Positions 1 to 9,494 of a DNA stretch of 64,000 bases are shown here, one piece after another. The first letter of the stretch is position 1. Every line of letters begins with the position of its first letter. Below the pieces are notes generated by a model. It was not told the DNA's origin and did no database searches. It saw only the letters and a program-made list of their open reading frames with translations. This DNA comes from Candidatus Thorarchaeota archaeon (lineage in GTDB: Archaea > Asgardarchaeota > Thorarchaeia > Thorarchaeales > Thorarchaeaceae), in contig JBHLQM010000004.1 of the NCBI GenBank assembly GCA_048884785.1, positions 32,001 to 96,000 on the forward strand, given 5' to 3'. The position numbers were made by a program, and so were the translations under genes.

Positions 1-542
1 TCCTCAAGAAACTTGGAGAAGATATCTGATGACTCGGTGTCTAAACCCGAGTACGGCTCATCTAGAAGATAGAGTTCAGGCTCATGGATGGTACTTCTAA
101 TAATATCAAATCTTTTCCTTAGACCTGTTGAGAGATTCTTTGTTGGCTCATCAAGCCATGTTTTAACATCAAACCTTTTTGCCAGCTCCTCTGCCCTTGT
201 ATCAACTTGGTCCTTCTCAAGGCCGTATAGCTTGCCAAAGAAATGTAGATTCTCCCGACTCGATAATTCCGGATAAAGGAGCGGTTTATCGCCAACAAGT
301 CCAATGTGTCCCCTAACTGGAACAGGATCTTCATCAGGGTCCATTCCCAATACCAGAATACTGCCACCATGGGGTTTCAAAAGAGTGGAGATGATTCGCA
401 TAAGAGTTGTCTTTCCTGCTCCATTGGCACCAAATAGGCCGTGGATACCTTTCCTTTCTATGGCGAATGATACTTTCTTCAAGGCAACCCGGTATCCATA
501 TCTTCGTGTCAGGTCTTTTGCCTCAACTGCATAATTACTCAT
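1..542 (-). CDS. ABC transporter ATP-binding protein, CcmA-like (3' end runs off the window)
   Basis: My own translation from ATG at 542 reads MSNYAVEAKDLTRRYGYRVALKKVSF...GANGAGKTT (Walker A)...LYPELSSRENLHFF...LSTGLRKR (signature)...LLDEPYSGLD (Walker B). A GGTGA RBS lies upstream. The ORF track misses it because it is truncated by the window edge. Confidence 0.9.
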   Translation of the reverse strand, partial: MSNYAVEAKDLTRRYGYRVALKKVSFAIERKGIHGLFGANGAGKTTLMRIISTLLKPHGGSILVLGMDPDEDPVPVRGHIGLVGDKPLLYPELSSRENLHFFGKLYGLEKDQVDTRAEELAKRFDVKTWLDEPTKNLSTGLRKRFDIIRSTIHEPELYLLDEPYSGLDTESSDIFSKFLE

Positions 543-602
543 GGCGGTCACCTTGTTGACGAACTTCTAGAACTCACTGATTCTCTTTTGAGTGTGACGG
601 GT

Positions 603-776
603 GGTCCCATTTAGCGGGTAAACTTTGCTGGAAGATTTGCATACGAATACATTTACCCGATACGGAATGAGGCTGGTGAGTACATGGCTACAGTTTCAGA
701 GATCCACGATGGTGCGGAGAGGGTGGAGTTTCTGAAAAGTCAAGGTGAATGGAAAAGCCCTGAGATGCATGGGACC
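603..776 (+). ncRNA. candidate structured RNA of unknown family
   Basis: Nested stems 603-610/769-776, 615-622/652-659, 685-689/738-742 and 694-707/723-737. The G-U wobbles favour the + strand. Confidence 0.5.
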
Positions 777-999
777 GGAGCCAGTTCGCCTAGAACGCCA
801 TTTCCTTGATTATTATTGTCAAGTTCTTTGTTTCAATCAAAAGCTGATAAACTCAATTTACTCAAGCCTGCGTTTGGACATTAACACATTGGTTAATCTT
901 CTATTATTCCAAACCAATTTCAATAATTTGGTAATATAATTAGAATCTCAGGCCAATACTTATTATGATATTGTGCTGTAGTTCAAGAAATGATGGAGG

Positions 1000-1920
1000 G
1001 TGTCGATGACAATCGCACTGACTTTCACAACTACTGCTGGGGACAATGATCAGGATTTACCACTTGATCAAAGAGAAGTGGAACGAATAAAGGTCACTTT
1101 CTCAGAAAATGTTGAAAAAATCAACCTAAGTAGAAAGGATATAGTACACATCGACCTGAGTCCACTAAGTTCGTGTGCTAACCTTAAAAATCTCAGTTTA
1201 GATGGAAATCTGCTTCGAGAAATTGATCTGACACCACTCAGCTCATGTACTGCTTTCGAGATTCTAAATTTGGAACACAATCTGTTTCAGACTATTGATC
1301 TCACTCCTCTCAGTTCTTGCGTTTGCATTAAGGAGCTTTTTCTTGATCGAAACAAACTCAAGAGAATCGATCTCACACCTCTAATTTCATTTAGTAATCT
1401 TCAAAAGCTTACGTTGGGTGAGAACCAGCTTCAGAACATTGATCTCTCGCCTCTACGTTCATGCACTAAACTTAATTGGATATATTTAGCAAAAAACCAG
1501 TTTGAGATTATTGATATATCTTCTCTGAGTTCATGTACTGAGTTACAGTATCTCAATCTGGGAAGTAACCAATTAGAGAGCATTGACCTTACTCCACTCA
1601 GTAATTGCACCTCTCTTCAAGATCTCGAATTAGGATACAATCAGCTTCAAAAGATAGATCTCACTCCTCTCAGTTCTTGTACAAGTCTTCAAGAGCTCTG
1701 GTTGGAAGAAAATCAACTTCAGGAGATAGATCTCACTCCTCTCAGTTCCTGTGTAGACCTTGTCTTTCTCAATTTGAAAGGGAATTCTCTTGAAAGCATT
1801 GATCTCACTCCATTAGGATTTTGCGCAAATCTTCAAGAAGTCAACTTATCTAAGAATAGACTCAAAACCGTAGATTGCTCTCCTCTTCACTCTGATGAAA
1901 TTGTAATACTTATCGACTGA
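1000..1920 (+). CDS. leucine-rich repeat protein (about 11 x 22-aa repeats)
   Basis: Repeats of consensus LxxLxLxxNxLxxIDLTPLSSCxx. GGAGG lies before the GTG start. Confidence 0.93.
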   Translation: MSMTIALTFTTTAGDNDQDLPLDQREVERIKVTFSENVEKINLSRKDIVHIDLSPLSSCANLKNLSLDGNLLREIDLTPLSSCTAFEILNLEHNLFQTIDLTPLSSCVCIKELFLDRNKLKRIDLTPLISFSNLQKLTLGENQLQNIDLSPLRSCTKLNWIYLAKNQFEIIDISSLSSCTELQYLNLGSNQLESIDLTPLSNCTSLQDLELGYNQLQKIDLTPLSSCTSLQELWLEENQLQEIDLTPLSSCVDLVFLNLKGNSLESIDLTPLGFCANLQEVNLSKNRLKTVDCSPLHSDEIVILID

Positions 1921-2298
1921 TTTGTGTTTTCTTTGAAGCTCATTCAAGGTTTTGGGTGGAGATGGGATTATTTCTCAAGTACTGAAAGGATTTGCGTGCA
2001 CGTATAGAAACATGCAAGACAACTTGATACACATCTTTTGTTAGTTAGTTCTGCAAATCACGAAACAACTTTCGATTAATCGGTCGATGGTCACTTCAAA
2101 AGAGAGGGGAATAAGTCAATTGAAGTTCAATGTTAAGCGAGCGTCATCTGTGCGCAGTACATTGACTATTGTTTTGCTATTCATGATGATTATCACGACA
2201 CAGAGTGTTCTGGCTTTTAATATGAATAATAATGTCCGGACATCTCTGCTGTTTTTACTTATTTTAGCAGAAGGTACTGGAGTTGAGATGTGTGTTCA

Positions 2299-4035
2299 CT
2301 AATGGAATATTTTTCTTCCCAGTCTAAGGAATGGTCCGCCGATTGTCAGCACGAAGGTTATGGGTATCCAGTTTATGATTTCTATCGCTGCAACCCCAAT
2401 AATCAATCCAATGCCAAAGGCCAGTATTGCACTAGTTAGGTCAGTCACAATTATCCAGGGGACATATGCTGAAATGACGTCACCAACAAGGATTCCTGCA
2501 ATCCAAAGCACCAGAGGAACTGCAATTGCTGCAATGACAAGGATCAGGATATTGAAACGGAACGAGAGCTGGATAGGTCCAGGAAAGACTTTCGATGGAT
2601 TCATCATTCTTTTTGGGTCCGTTTTGCCCTTGACACGTGCCATACCAGCATATTCATGCTTTCCATAATATGACCTGGAATGGGCTACATTCCACATTCC
2701 AATAGAATATGCTCTTCCGCCATCACGCAAGCCCAAATTGATGAAGTCCAGAGATCTATACCACCCCATTAGGAATGATATCTTCTTTCTCTCATCATCT
2801 AGAAACCATGCAAGAACCGCCACTTCTCCTTCATCTGTCACAGCACCCTCGAAAGCATATTTTTCACCCTTGAAATGCTTGTCAGCACGTTCAATGAATG
2901 AAACCATATTCTTCAAAGGCACATAGACTTCAGATGGAGCCAAGCTCGGTCCGAGACGCTTGATTCTCATTGGATAGAATCTCTCAGCCCATTCATGTTC
3001 CCCAATGTGTTCCGGTTCAACAAATCCGAAGTTATCCTTAACCACTTGTTTGAATACAGTTTCTTCGAAAGCAGTGTCGCTCTCAGACCCCTCAAATGCA
3101 CAAAGAATCACCCATTTGGAGCTGGTTTCAGGGGCCAATCCGACATCATGCAACATATCATAGAACCCGTCTGTTATGAAATGCAGATAGAAGGGATTCG
3201 TCTTGTTCATGAGATCTTGCATCGCCCATATCATCTGTTCTTTTGTCTTGAAGGAAGCCACAAGAGGACGGATTGTCTGGAGTCTCATGATTTTTAGTAC
3301 GACCTTGGTTATGACGCCTAGTGTACCATTGCTATCTACAAAGAGAGAAGTTGCATCCATCTCATGTTCGTCCACCTCTCCAACTGCCCATTGATACTCA
3401 TCTTCAGCGGGGAAGAATCTGTAATCTTCTCCGGAATAGGTTTCGATGAAAGACTGTGGCGGATTCGCTGTGCGAATGATCTCCCCATCTGGGAGCACTA
3501 CTTCTAGGTCAACAACCTGGTCTCTCACGCCGCCGTACTTAGTGCTGCCAATTCCAGTGCCTCCAGCTGCAACCCATCCTCCAACAGTGCTCGATGGAGC
3601 GCTTGAGGGATATGCCCGAACCGTCAAGCCTTCATCCTCCAGCTCCTCCAGCAATTTGCCCCAGATAATTCCAGCACCTACCTCAACAGTCATGTTGCCT
3701 AGATTGATGTTATGGATTTGATTCATCCTTGTCATTTCAATTGCCAGTCCACCCTTAGTAGGCAAGGCGCCTCCGTATCCGCTAGTGCCATGTCCTCGGG
3801 GGATGATTGGTATCTTTTCTTTCAAGCAATACTTCAGAAGATTCGATACAACCTCTGAGCTCATGGGTTGTGCTACTGCGTCAACCTCTGTTTTTAGTAG
3901 GTCATTGACCAATCCAGGAAGTGCCCCTACATCATGTGAGTAGAGCTTTCTCATATATTCCTCCGAAGAGAAGAAATCCTCACCAACTATGTCTGCAAGT
4001 TGCCTAATCTGTATCTCCCTTAGCATCTTAACCAC
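2299..4035 (-). CDS. FAD-binding oxidoreductase (VAO/PCMH, GlcD/D-LDH-like fold) with C-terminal transmembrane extension
   Basis: PRGHGTSGYGG, PSSAPSSTVGGW, GSTKYG, GTLGVITK and DPKRMMNPSK motifs, then 2-3 hydrophobic helices. Confidence 0.9.
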   Translation of the reverse strand: MVKMLREIQIRQLADIVGEDFFSSEEYMRKLYSHDVGALPGLVNDLLKTEVDAVAQPMSSEVVSNLLKYCLKEKIPIIPRGHGTSGYGGALPTKGGLAIEMTRMNQIHNINLGNMTVEVGAGIIWGKLLEELEDEGLTVRAYPSSAPSSTVGGWVAAGGTGIGSTKYGGVRDQVVDLEVVLPDGEIIRTANPPQSFIETYSGEDYRFFPAEDEYQWAVGEVDEHEMDATSLFVDSNGTLGVITKVVLKIMRLQTIRPLVASFKTKEQMIWAMQDLMNKTNPFYLHFITDGFYDMLHDVGLAPETSSKWVILCAFEGSESDTAFEETVFKQVVKDNFGFVEPEHIGEHEWAERFYPMRIKRLGPSLAPSEVYVPLKNMVSFIERADKHFKGEKYAFEGAVTDEGEVAVLAWFLDDERKKISFLMGWYRSLDFINLGLRDGGRAYSIGMWNVAHSRSYYGKHEYAGMARVKGKTDPKRMMNPSKVFPGPIQLSFRFNILILVIAAIAVPLVLWIAGILVGDVISAYVPWIIVTDLTSAILAFGIGLIIGVAAIEIINWIPITFVLTIGGPFLRLGRKIFH

Positions 4036-4038
4036 CTG

Positions 4039-5220
4039 TTAAAGTCCCAGTGCTTCCACGACAATCTGAGATAGGTCCTTGAATTCAATCTTGGAACTCA
4101 TGCTCTCGATACCATCCATGAATGACATGGTACACGATGGGCACTCGCTGGCCAAGACATCTGCTTCAACTCTCTCAGCAGCTTTAATTCTGCGTTCTGA
4201 TATACGGACTGACATGAGTGGGTTTGTTCCCTTTAGCAGTCCACCTCCACCGCAACAGTCTGCTTTATTCCTTGTGTGTTTCATCTCAATGAGTTTTAAT
4301 CCAGGAATTGCGTTGAGAACTTCTCGAGAGTCGTTGTAGATATTTTGATGACGGCCGAGTTCACATGGATCATGCCAAGCTACTGAGTGATTGAATTCTT
4401 TTTCAAACTTCAATTTTCCTTCTCTGAGCATCCGTGCTGCGAACTGGGAGAATGAAAGAAACTCTATTCCCTGTGTTGATTCTTTCCCGAGCATGTGTGG
4501 ATATTCCTCACTGAATGCTCGATGACAGCCAGGACAGTTGAACACCACTGTTTTTACCCCTAGTCTGCGAAGCTCACTTAGGTGGTGTTCTGCAAGCTCT
4601 CTGGCTTTATCCCACTCACCTCCTACGAAGTAGGGATTTCCACAGCAATACTCTTCTTGCCCAAGAATCGTGAATTCGATACCGAGGTGATCAAAGAGCT
4701 TCATTGTATTTTCACCGAGCGATGCTAGAGTGCCTTTGAAGGATATATTACATCCTGCGAAATATGCGACCTCGGCCGAAACGCCAATTCTACCTTCAGT
4801 TAGGTCGTCAACCATATCTGTCCAAAGGGTTCTATCCTCTTGATCGAGGTCCATTATGTTCCTGCTGTTCTGGATAGAAGTATCCAGGAATTTAACAATC
4901 TCTGGCCATTCGCCGAGCTGATTGATTTCATGTCGAATCTGTTGCCAGAATCTAAGCAGAGGAATATTTGTCTGACATATCTCCTGACAGGCACCACACA
5001 AAGTGCATTTGAAAATCCTATCTGCGAAATCTGGTGGAATGGACTTATTCTTCAGCAAGAGCTCCCGAAGCTGATATAGTTTGCCTCTCGGAGATTGTGA
5101 ATCCCATAATGTGTCGTTGTAAGCTGGGCATACAAAGGTGCAGAACCCGCACCTTGCACAGACAAGAGGCTCGACATCAAGAGCCTCTTTCCTCAGCTTT
5201 TCAAAGGTCTTAGTTCCCAT
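4039..5220 (-). CDS. (Fe-S)-binding protein, GlcF/HdrD family (2x4Fe-4S plus two CCG domains)
   Basis: CARCGFCTFVCP, CTLCGACQEICQ, YCCG...CPGC, HDPC...CCGG...CPSC. Confidence 0.93.
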   Translation of the reverse strand: MGTKTFEKLRKEALDVEPLVCARCGFCTFVCPAYNDTLWDSQSPRGKLYQLRELLLKNKSIPPDFADRIFKCTLCGACQEICQTNIPLLRFWQQIRHEINQLGEWPEIVKFLDTSIQNSRNIMDLDQEDRTLWTDMVDDLTEGRIGVSAEVAYFAGCNISFKGTLASLGENTMKLFDHLGIEFTILGQEEYCCGNPYFVGGEWDKARELAEHHLSELRRLGVKTVVFNCPGCHRAFSEEYPHMLGKESTQGIEFLSFSQFAARMLREGKLKFEKEFNHSVAWHDPCELGRHQNIYNDSREVLNAIPGLKLIEMKHTRNKADCCGGGGLLKGTNPLMSVRISERRIKAAERVEADVLASECPSCTMSFMDGIESMSSKIEFKDLSQIVVEALGL

Positions 5221-5233
5221 TGGTAATCTCCTC

Positions 5234-5731
5234 TTATGGCCACGGTAATCCGAGCCAATCTAGTATCGGCTCGAGAATGGATGTATTATAGACTGCAATG
5301 CCGCCCATGGCACCCATGATCATCATCAGGGCACCGCCTACGATTACTAGTATTCCATAGATTAAGAAACCTGAAGTTGTATCCCAGACTCTATCACCAA
5401 GCTTAGCTCTGATGAAAATTAGGAAAACATAGATTTGCATTGTAACTGCAGACCAAAGTATCTTAAATCTCATGTATGGATTATCAAGCAGTGCTTCCAT
5501 TGGCCAGTCCATGAATCCTGTCACTGCTCCAGCTATCAATCCGAGAAATCCGATTATACTTCCCCAGTAGATGAAGATATCAAATTCATGGAAGATCTTC
5601 GCCATTCGAGTTCCAGGTGTCCTGATTCCTTCTCTGAATACAAGCCTCATAATGAGGCTGCATATTGCCAGAACTGCTGCCGCTGTTAGTATTCCAGTGT
5701 GGAAGTGTACAAATACGGGATGTAATGCCAT
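5234..5731 (-). CDS. DUF2231-family 4-TM membrane protein (possible heme b binder)
   Basis: N-terminal LHPVFVHF motif, four TM helices and a C-terminal GAMGGIAVY. Confidence 0.75.
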   Translation of the reverse strand: MALHPVFVHFHTGILTAAAVLAICSLIMRLVFREGIRTPGTRMAKIFHEFDIFIYWGSIIGFLGLIAGAVTGFMDWPMEALLDNPYMRFKILWSAVTMQIYVFLIFIRAKLGDRVWDTTSGFLIYGILVIVGGALMMIMGAMGGIAVYNTSILEPILDWLGLPWP

Positions 5732-5741
5732 TTGATATCAC

Positions 5742-6344
5742 CTACTTTGTCCTCTTAACCATAATGACTGCAAAAGCAATCATAATGACTGCAACAATCG
5801 GATTGATGATGTACATCAACATAGTCCATGTTTCTACTGGATCAACCGTTGTTGGTGTTGTGGGTGTCGTTGGTGTAGTAAAGGTTGTAGCTGTGTTTTC
5901 TGCAACATCAACGTTCACGAGCAGATTTGCAGACAAACTACTTGCGGCGGCAATCCAGATTTCAATTGTATATGTACCCGCCGCTATTGGTGTTACGATT
6001 AGATCGAATGCAATCTCCCCTTCAGCAACATCTGTGTCGTCTGCTGAATCATCTTGCACCTCGAGTACTGAGAAAAGGAACTGATCATTATTAGACCACG
6101 AGCTGACAATCTTTAGATAATCAACTCCATTTGATCCATCGATTGTGAGCGTGAACGGAACACCTACCATTGCATCAACAGTTCCTGTTGCATTAGAAGC
6201 AAGTGTCAATACACTAGTGTTCGTATGGCAATCTGCACATTGAGCATTTTGTGCTGGATATGCCAATGCCATAGAAGCACTGGCTACAAATAGTGCCAGA
6301 AAACCTGTTACGAGAAGTACTCGTTTGGCAAGCTTTAGTTTCAT
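5742..6344 (-). CDS. exported membrane-anchored protein with a single CxxCH motif (putative c-type cytochrome, Reeler/choice-of-anchor-V-like beta domain)
   Basis: Likely start MKLKLAK at 6344 with an AGGAG RBS. Signal peptide ends ALA-YP, followed by CADCH, a Thr/Pro linker, and a C-terminal TM with a KRTK tail. Confidence 0.75.
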   Translation of the reverse strand: MKLKLAKRVLLVTGFLALFVASASMALAYPAQNAQCADCHTNTSVLTLASNATGTVDAMVGVPFTLTIDGSNGVDYLKIVSSWSNNDQFLFSVLEVQDDSADDTDVAEGEIAFDLIVTPIAAGTYTIEIWIAAASSLSANLLVNVDVAENTATTFTTPTTPTTPTTVDPVETWTMLMYIINPIVAVIMIAFAVIMVKRTK

Positions 6345-6469
6345 TTTTGGAGCTCCTGATAACTTTGGGATTCGACATAAGCTCAATAATTGAGTGATAT
6401 ATCGATGTCTGCGTTTCGTTTCGAAATCAAATTTGGGTATTTTAGGGTATCGGAATAAAACCACCGAAG

Positions 6470-8191
6470 TCACTTCAGACGTAGCAGTCTGCTAAATCCG
6501 CGTAGTAATGGTATTCCGAGCTTCAACGCTGTGGATAATGAAAGTATGCGAATGAACAAAAATCCTATGATACCACCTAAAATTCCTAGAAAGAATGCAA
6601 TGGGCAATGGAATCGAAGGTATAATTGGATTCCAAAGCAGAGTAGATAGCCATGTCCAGCCAAGAAATTGAGGACCGAATGCTTGGAGAATAACTAGAAC
6701 CGCAAATCCTGATAAAAAGCCAAAAGCTAGAGACTCCTTTGCAGCCTTCACTCTCCCCCCAAAAACCTTAGTCGGATTTACTAGATTTTCTGGGTCGATG
6801 GAGCGCTTTGCACTTTTCAATTTTCGTAGATAGGGTGTCCCGTAAAACTCGTCTGCAAAGGGTACATTCCATAAGGCCACTGCATAGGGCTTTCCTCCAT
6901 GAGTTTTTGCAAGCCTTGCCAAATCGAATGATCTGTACCAACCCAGAGTGTAGGCAATCTTCTTGCGTTCGTCATCAAGTATCCAGACCAAGAAAGATGC
7001 CGCTCCATCTCTGGATATTGTGCCTTCAATTGCTGCATTAGAATTCCTAAGAGCTTTACTTGTGTCCTCAAACATTTCAGGAATGGATTTCAATGGGAGG
7101 ATTGCCTCAGCAGGCACTAGGCTTGGTCCGAGGCTTTTGATCCTGAGAGGGTACAGACGTTCTCGCCAGTAAAACTGACTTCTATTATTGTCTAGCAGAA
7201 TTCCATTATGAGCTTCAACGATGCTTTCAATCTTCTCAACAGCATCCTCAACCTCATACACGATATCCAGTAGAGCCCCTGAGAGTATGAACTTTCCAAA
7301 CTCTGCTTTTCTGATTCGAAGAGATAGTAATTTGGATGAATAGGTATCGGTAAGATATCGAAGATGATAGGGATTCACTTTAGCAGTGATCTCAGCCGCA
7401 GCGGCAACCATGCTAGAAATATCTTCAAATGAGCACGCGAATGATCTAAACATGAGTTTTGGGATTAATCGCAGAGTGACTTTTGTGATGAATCCAAACA
7501 CACCATATGTCTCCATGAAGAGTTGATGGGGATCGATATCTTTTGTATCATCATCTTGCCCAAGTTTAGCATTTAGCCAATCCATTCCTCTTTCTGAATC
7601 CTCGGCAAGTTGGTCTTCTCCACTAAGTACAACCTTCCCAGTTCGTGCAAGCAGTCCGTTAGGAAGCACTACCTCAATCCCTACAACTTGGTCCTTAATG
7701 TTGCCATATTTGGCAGAACCGATTCCGACCCCACCACTAGCAACAAAGCCCCCAACTGTTGCAGCAGCTGCACTCGAAGGATACACCGGAAGTGTCAGTC
7801 CAACCCGTTCGAGGAACATCAGCAACTCTCGCCAAGTTATACCTGCTTCAACTGTTACAAGTAAGTTGTATTCATCAATATGCAGTATCTTTGCCATCTG
7901 AAGCATACTTATGCAAACTCCACCCTTTGTGGGCAATGTCCCTCCCCATCCTGATGTTCCGCTACCCCGTGGAACAACGGGTATCTTTTGCCCCTGCAGG
8001 TATTCGATTAGGTGCATAAGGGATTTTACTGTGACAGGTTGAATGACTAAATCGAACTGACCTGAGATTATTTGATTTGCCATGGGTGGCAGACTCGAAA
8101 TGTCCTTTGCATACAATGTTCTTGATTCAGCATCAGTGGTCACATTATCTGCACCCACAATATCCTCAATCTTCTGAACATTGATTTTCAC
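6470..8191 (-). CDS. FAD-binding oxidoreductase (VAO/PCMH) with C-terminal TM extension, paralog 2
   Basis: PRGSGTSGWGG, PSSAAAATVGG, DPENLVNPTK and a hydrophobic tail. Confidence 0.9.
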   Translation of the reverse strand: MKINVQKIEDIVGADNVTTDAESRTLYAKDISSLPPMANQIISGQFDLVIQPVTVKSLMHLIEYLQGQKIPVVPRGSGTSGWGGTLPTKGGVCISMLQMAKILHIDEYNLLVTVEAGITWRELLMFLERVGLTLPVYPSSAAAATVGGFVASGGVGIGSAKYGNIKDQVVGIEVVLPNGLLARTGKVVLSGEDQLAEDSERGMDWLNAKLGQDDDTKDIDPHQLFMETYGVFGFITKVTLRLIPKLMFRSFACSFEDISSMVAAAAEITAKVNPYHLRYLTDTYSSKLLSLRIRKAEFGKFILSGALLDIVYEVEDAVEKIESIVEAHNGILLDNNRSQFYWRERLYPLRIKSLGPSLVPAEAILPLKSIPEMFEDTSKALRNSNAAIEGTISRDGAASFLVWILDDERKKIAYTLGWYRSFDLARLAKTHGGKPYAVALWNVPFADEFYGTPYLRKLKSAKRSIDPENLVNPTKVFGGRVKAAKESLAFGFLSGFAVLVILQAFGPQFLGWTWLSTLLWNPIIPSIPLPIAFFLGILGGIIGFLFIRILSLSTALKLGIPLLRGFSRLLRLK

Positions 8192-9423
8192 GAAGGCGAA
8201 CCCCCCTTTGTTTCATCGAGTGCCTCGGCAACCAGTTCTGATATGCTTTGAACCTGTATTGAATAGTTCATTGTTTGCGTTGCTACATCAAGCGCCTGTA
8301 TGCATCTTGGGCATTCTGTTATTACACGGGATGCAGGCATAATAGAAATGTCTCGAAGCCGCATTTCAGAGATCTGCGATGAAAGTAAAGGGTCTGCAAT
8401 ATTCAGAAGTCCGTGTGTTCCACAGCACCTCGTGTCCTCCTTTGAGTGCAGCATGTCGATATTATACACTCCAGGAATCCTATCAATCACCTCTCTAGGT
8501 TCCTGTATAATCTTCAATGCTCTTGAGGAAATGCACGGATCATGATAGGTCACAGTGATATTGGGCAAATCTCTATAATTCAAAAGTTTCTCGGAATTAA
8601 GTTTCTTGATGAATTGAGAGAGTGTTAAGAGTTCGAATTCACGCTGAAGAGGTACCTTCCAAGATTGGGTGAATGTTATTGGCCAATGGTTTATGCATGA
8701 TGGACAACTAAACACAATTCTCTCAACACCAAGCTCTCTCATCATTGTCAGGTTCTTCTCTCCAAATTCTGGAGCATCATCACGGTTTCCTCCCCATATG
8801 AGGGGCGCGCCACAGCATACTTCTTTCTCACCAAGTAATGTATAATCGATACCTGCATGCTCCATTATTCTGATAACCGATTGAGTCATGCCCTGAAGTC
8901 TTGGTTTCAGGGAAGCGTTACACCCTATGAAGAATGCGGTCTTCGATGGACTCTCAATCCTATCTTTAATATCAATATCTAGGCCTTCTGCCCACAACAT
9001 CCTCGAAGGTGGTCCCATCGAGAACGGGTCTCCGTACTTGAGTACCGATTTACAGGTAAACGCTATAGAGGGTGGTACCAATCCTTCTTTCCACGCAATA
9101 CCTCTCATCAATTCCCAAAATCTATCCAATCTAAGGCTTGTTGTGCAAATTGAAGAGCAATGTTCGCAAAGAGAGCAAAGAAAGAGGTTCCTTACGTATT
9201 CTTCATCAAATCTCTTCTTGCCCTCGAGCACAAGCTTGGTAGTTTGAAGTCTTCCTCGAGGACCATATGCCTCCCAACGAAGCTGTCTGAATGTAGGACA
9301 GACCATTGTGCAATTACCACACGAAGCGCAGATGTATGGATCTGTTTCATGTCCTGTCCCTTCGAGATTTTTCAGACGACTCATCATTGGTCCTCTTCGA
9401 TTGTATCTAGCTATAAGCACCAA
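8188..9423 (-). CDS. (Fe-S)-binding CCG protein, GlcF/HdrD family, paralog 2
   Basis: CASCGNCTMVCP, CSLCEHCSSICT, CCG and HDPC motifs. The true start is probably the MMSRL Met near 9387. Confidence 0.92.
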   Translation of the reverse strand: MVLIARYNRRGPMMSRLKNLEGTGHETDPYICASCGNCTMVCPTFRQLRWEAYGPRGRLQTTKLVLEGKKRFDEEYVRNLFLCSLCEHCSSICTTSLRLDRFWELMRGIAWKEGLVPPSIAFTCKSVLKYGDPFSMGPPSRMLWAEGLDIDIKDRIESPSKTAFFIGCNASLKPRLQGMTQSVIRIMEHAGIDYTLLGEKEVCCGAPLIWGGNRDDAPEFGEKNLTMMRELGVERIVFSCPSCINHWPITFTQSWKVPLQREFELLTLSQFIKKLNSEKLLNYRDLPNITVTYHDPCISSRALKIIQEPREVIDRIPGVYNIDMLHSKEDTRCCGTHGLLNIADPLLSSQISEMRLRDISIMPASRVITECPRCIQALDVATQTMNYSIQVQSISELVAEALDETKGGSPS

Positions 9424-9441
9424 GTGTTAGTGTGGAATCTT

Positions 9442-9474
9442 TTGTCGGTGGCAGCTGCTATCTACCACCGACAA
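9442..9474. terminator. intergenic hairpin inside the redox locus
   Basis: TTGTCGGTGG (9442-9451) pairs with CCACCGACAA (9465-9474), just after the desaturase-like gene. Confidence 0.6.
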
Positions 9475-9494
9475 TCTATTTTTTTTGGTCGCAA

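Noticed and set aside
592-800. tRNA, SRP RNA, RNase P RNA, SECIS or intact group II intron
   Set aside because: There is no cloverleaf or T-loop, no SRP or RNase P conserved boxes, no upstream same-strand selenoprotein gene and no domain V or intron-encoded protein.
1100-1890. 66-bp periodic DNA repeats as a CRISPR array or DGR template
   Set aside because: They are in-frame LRR coding repeats, with no reverse transcriptase and no adenine-specific TR/VR pair.
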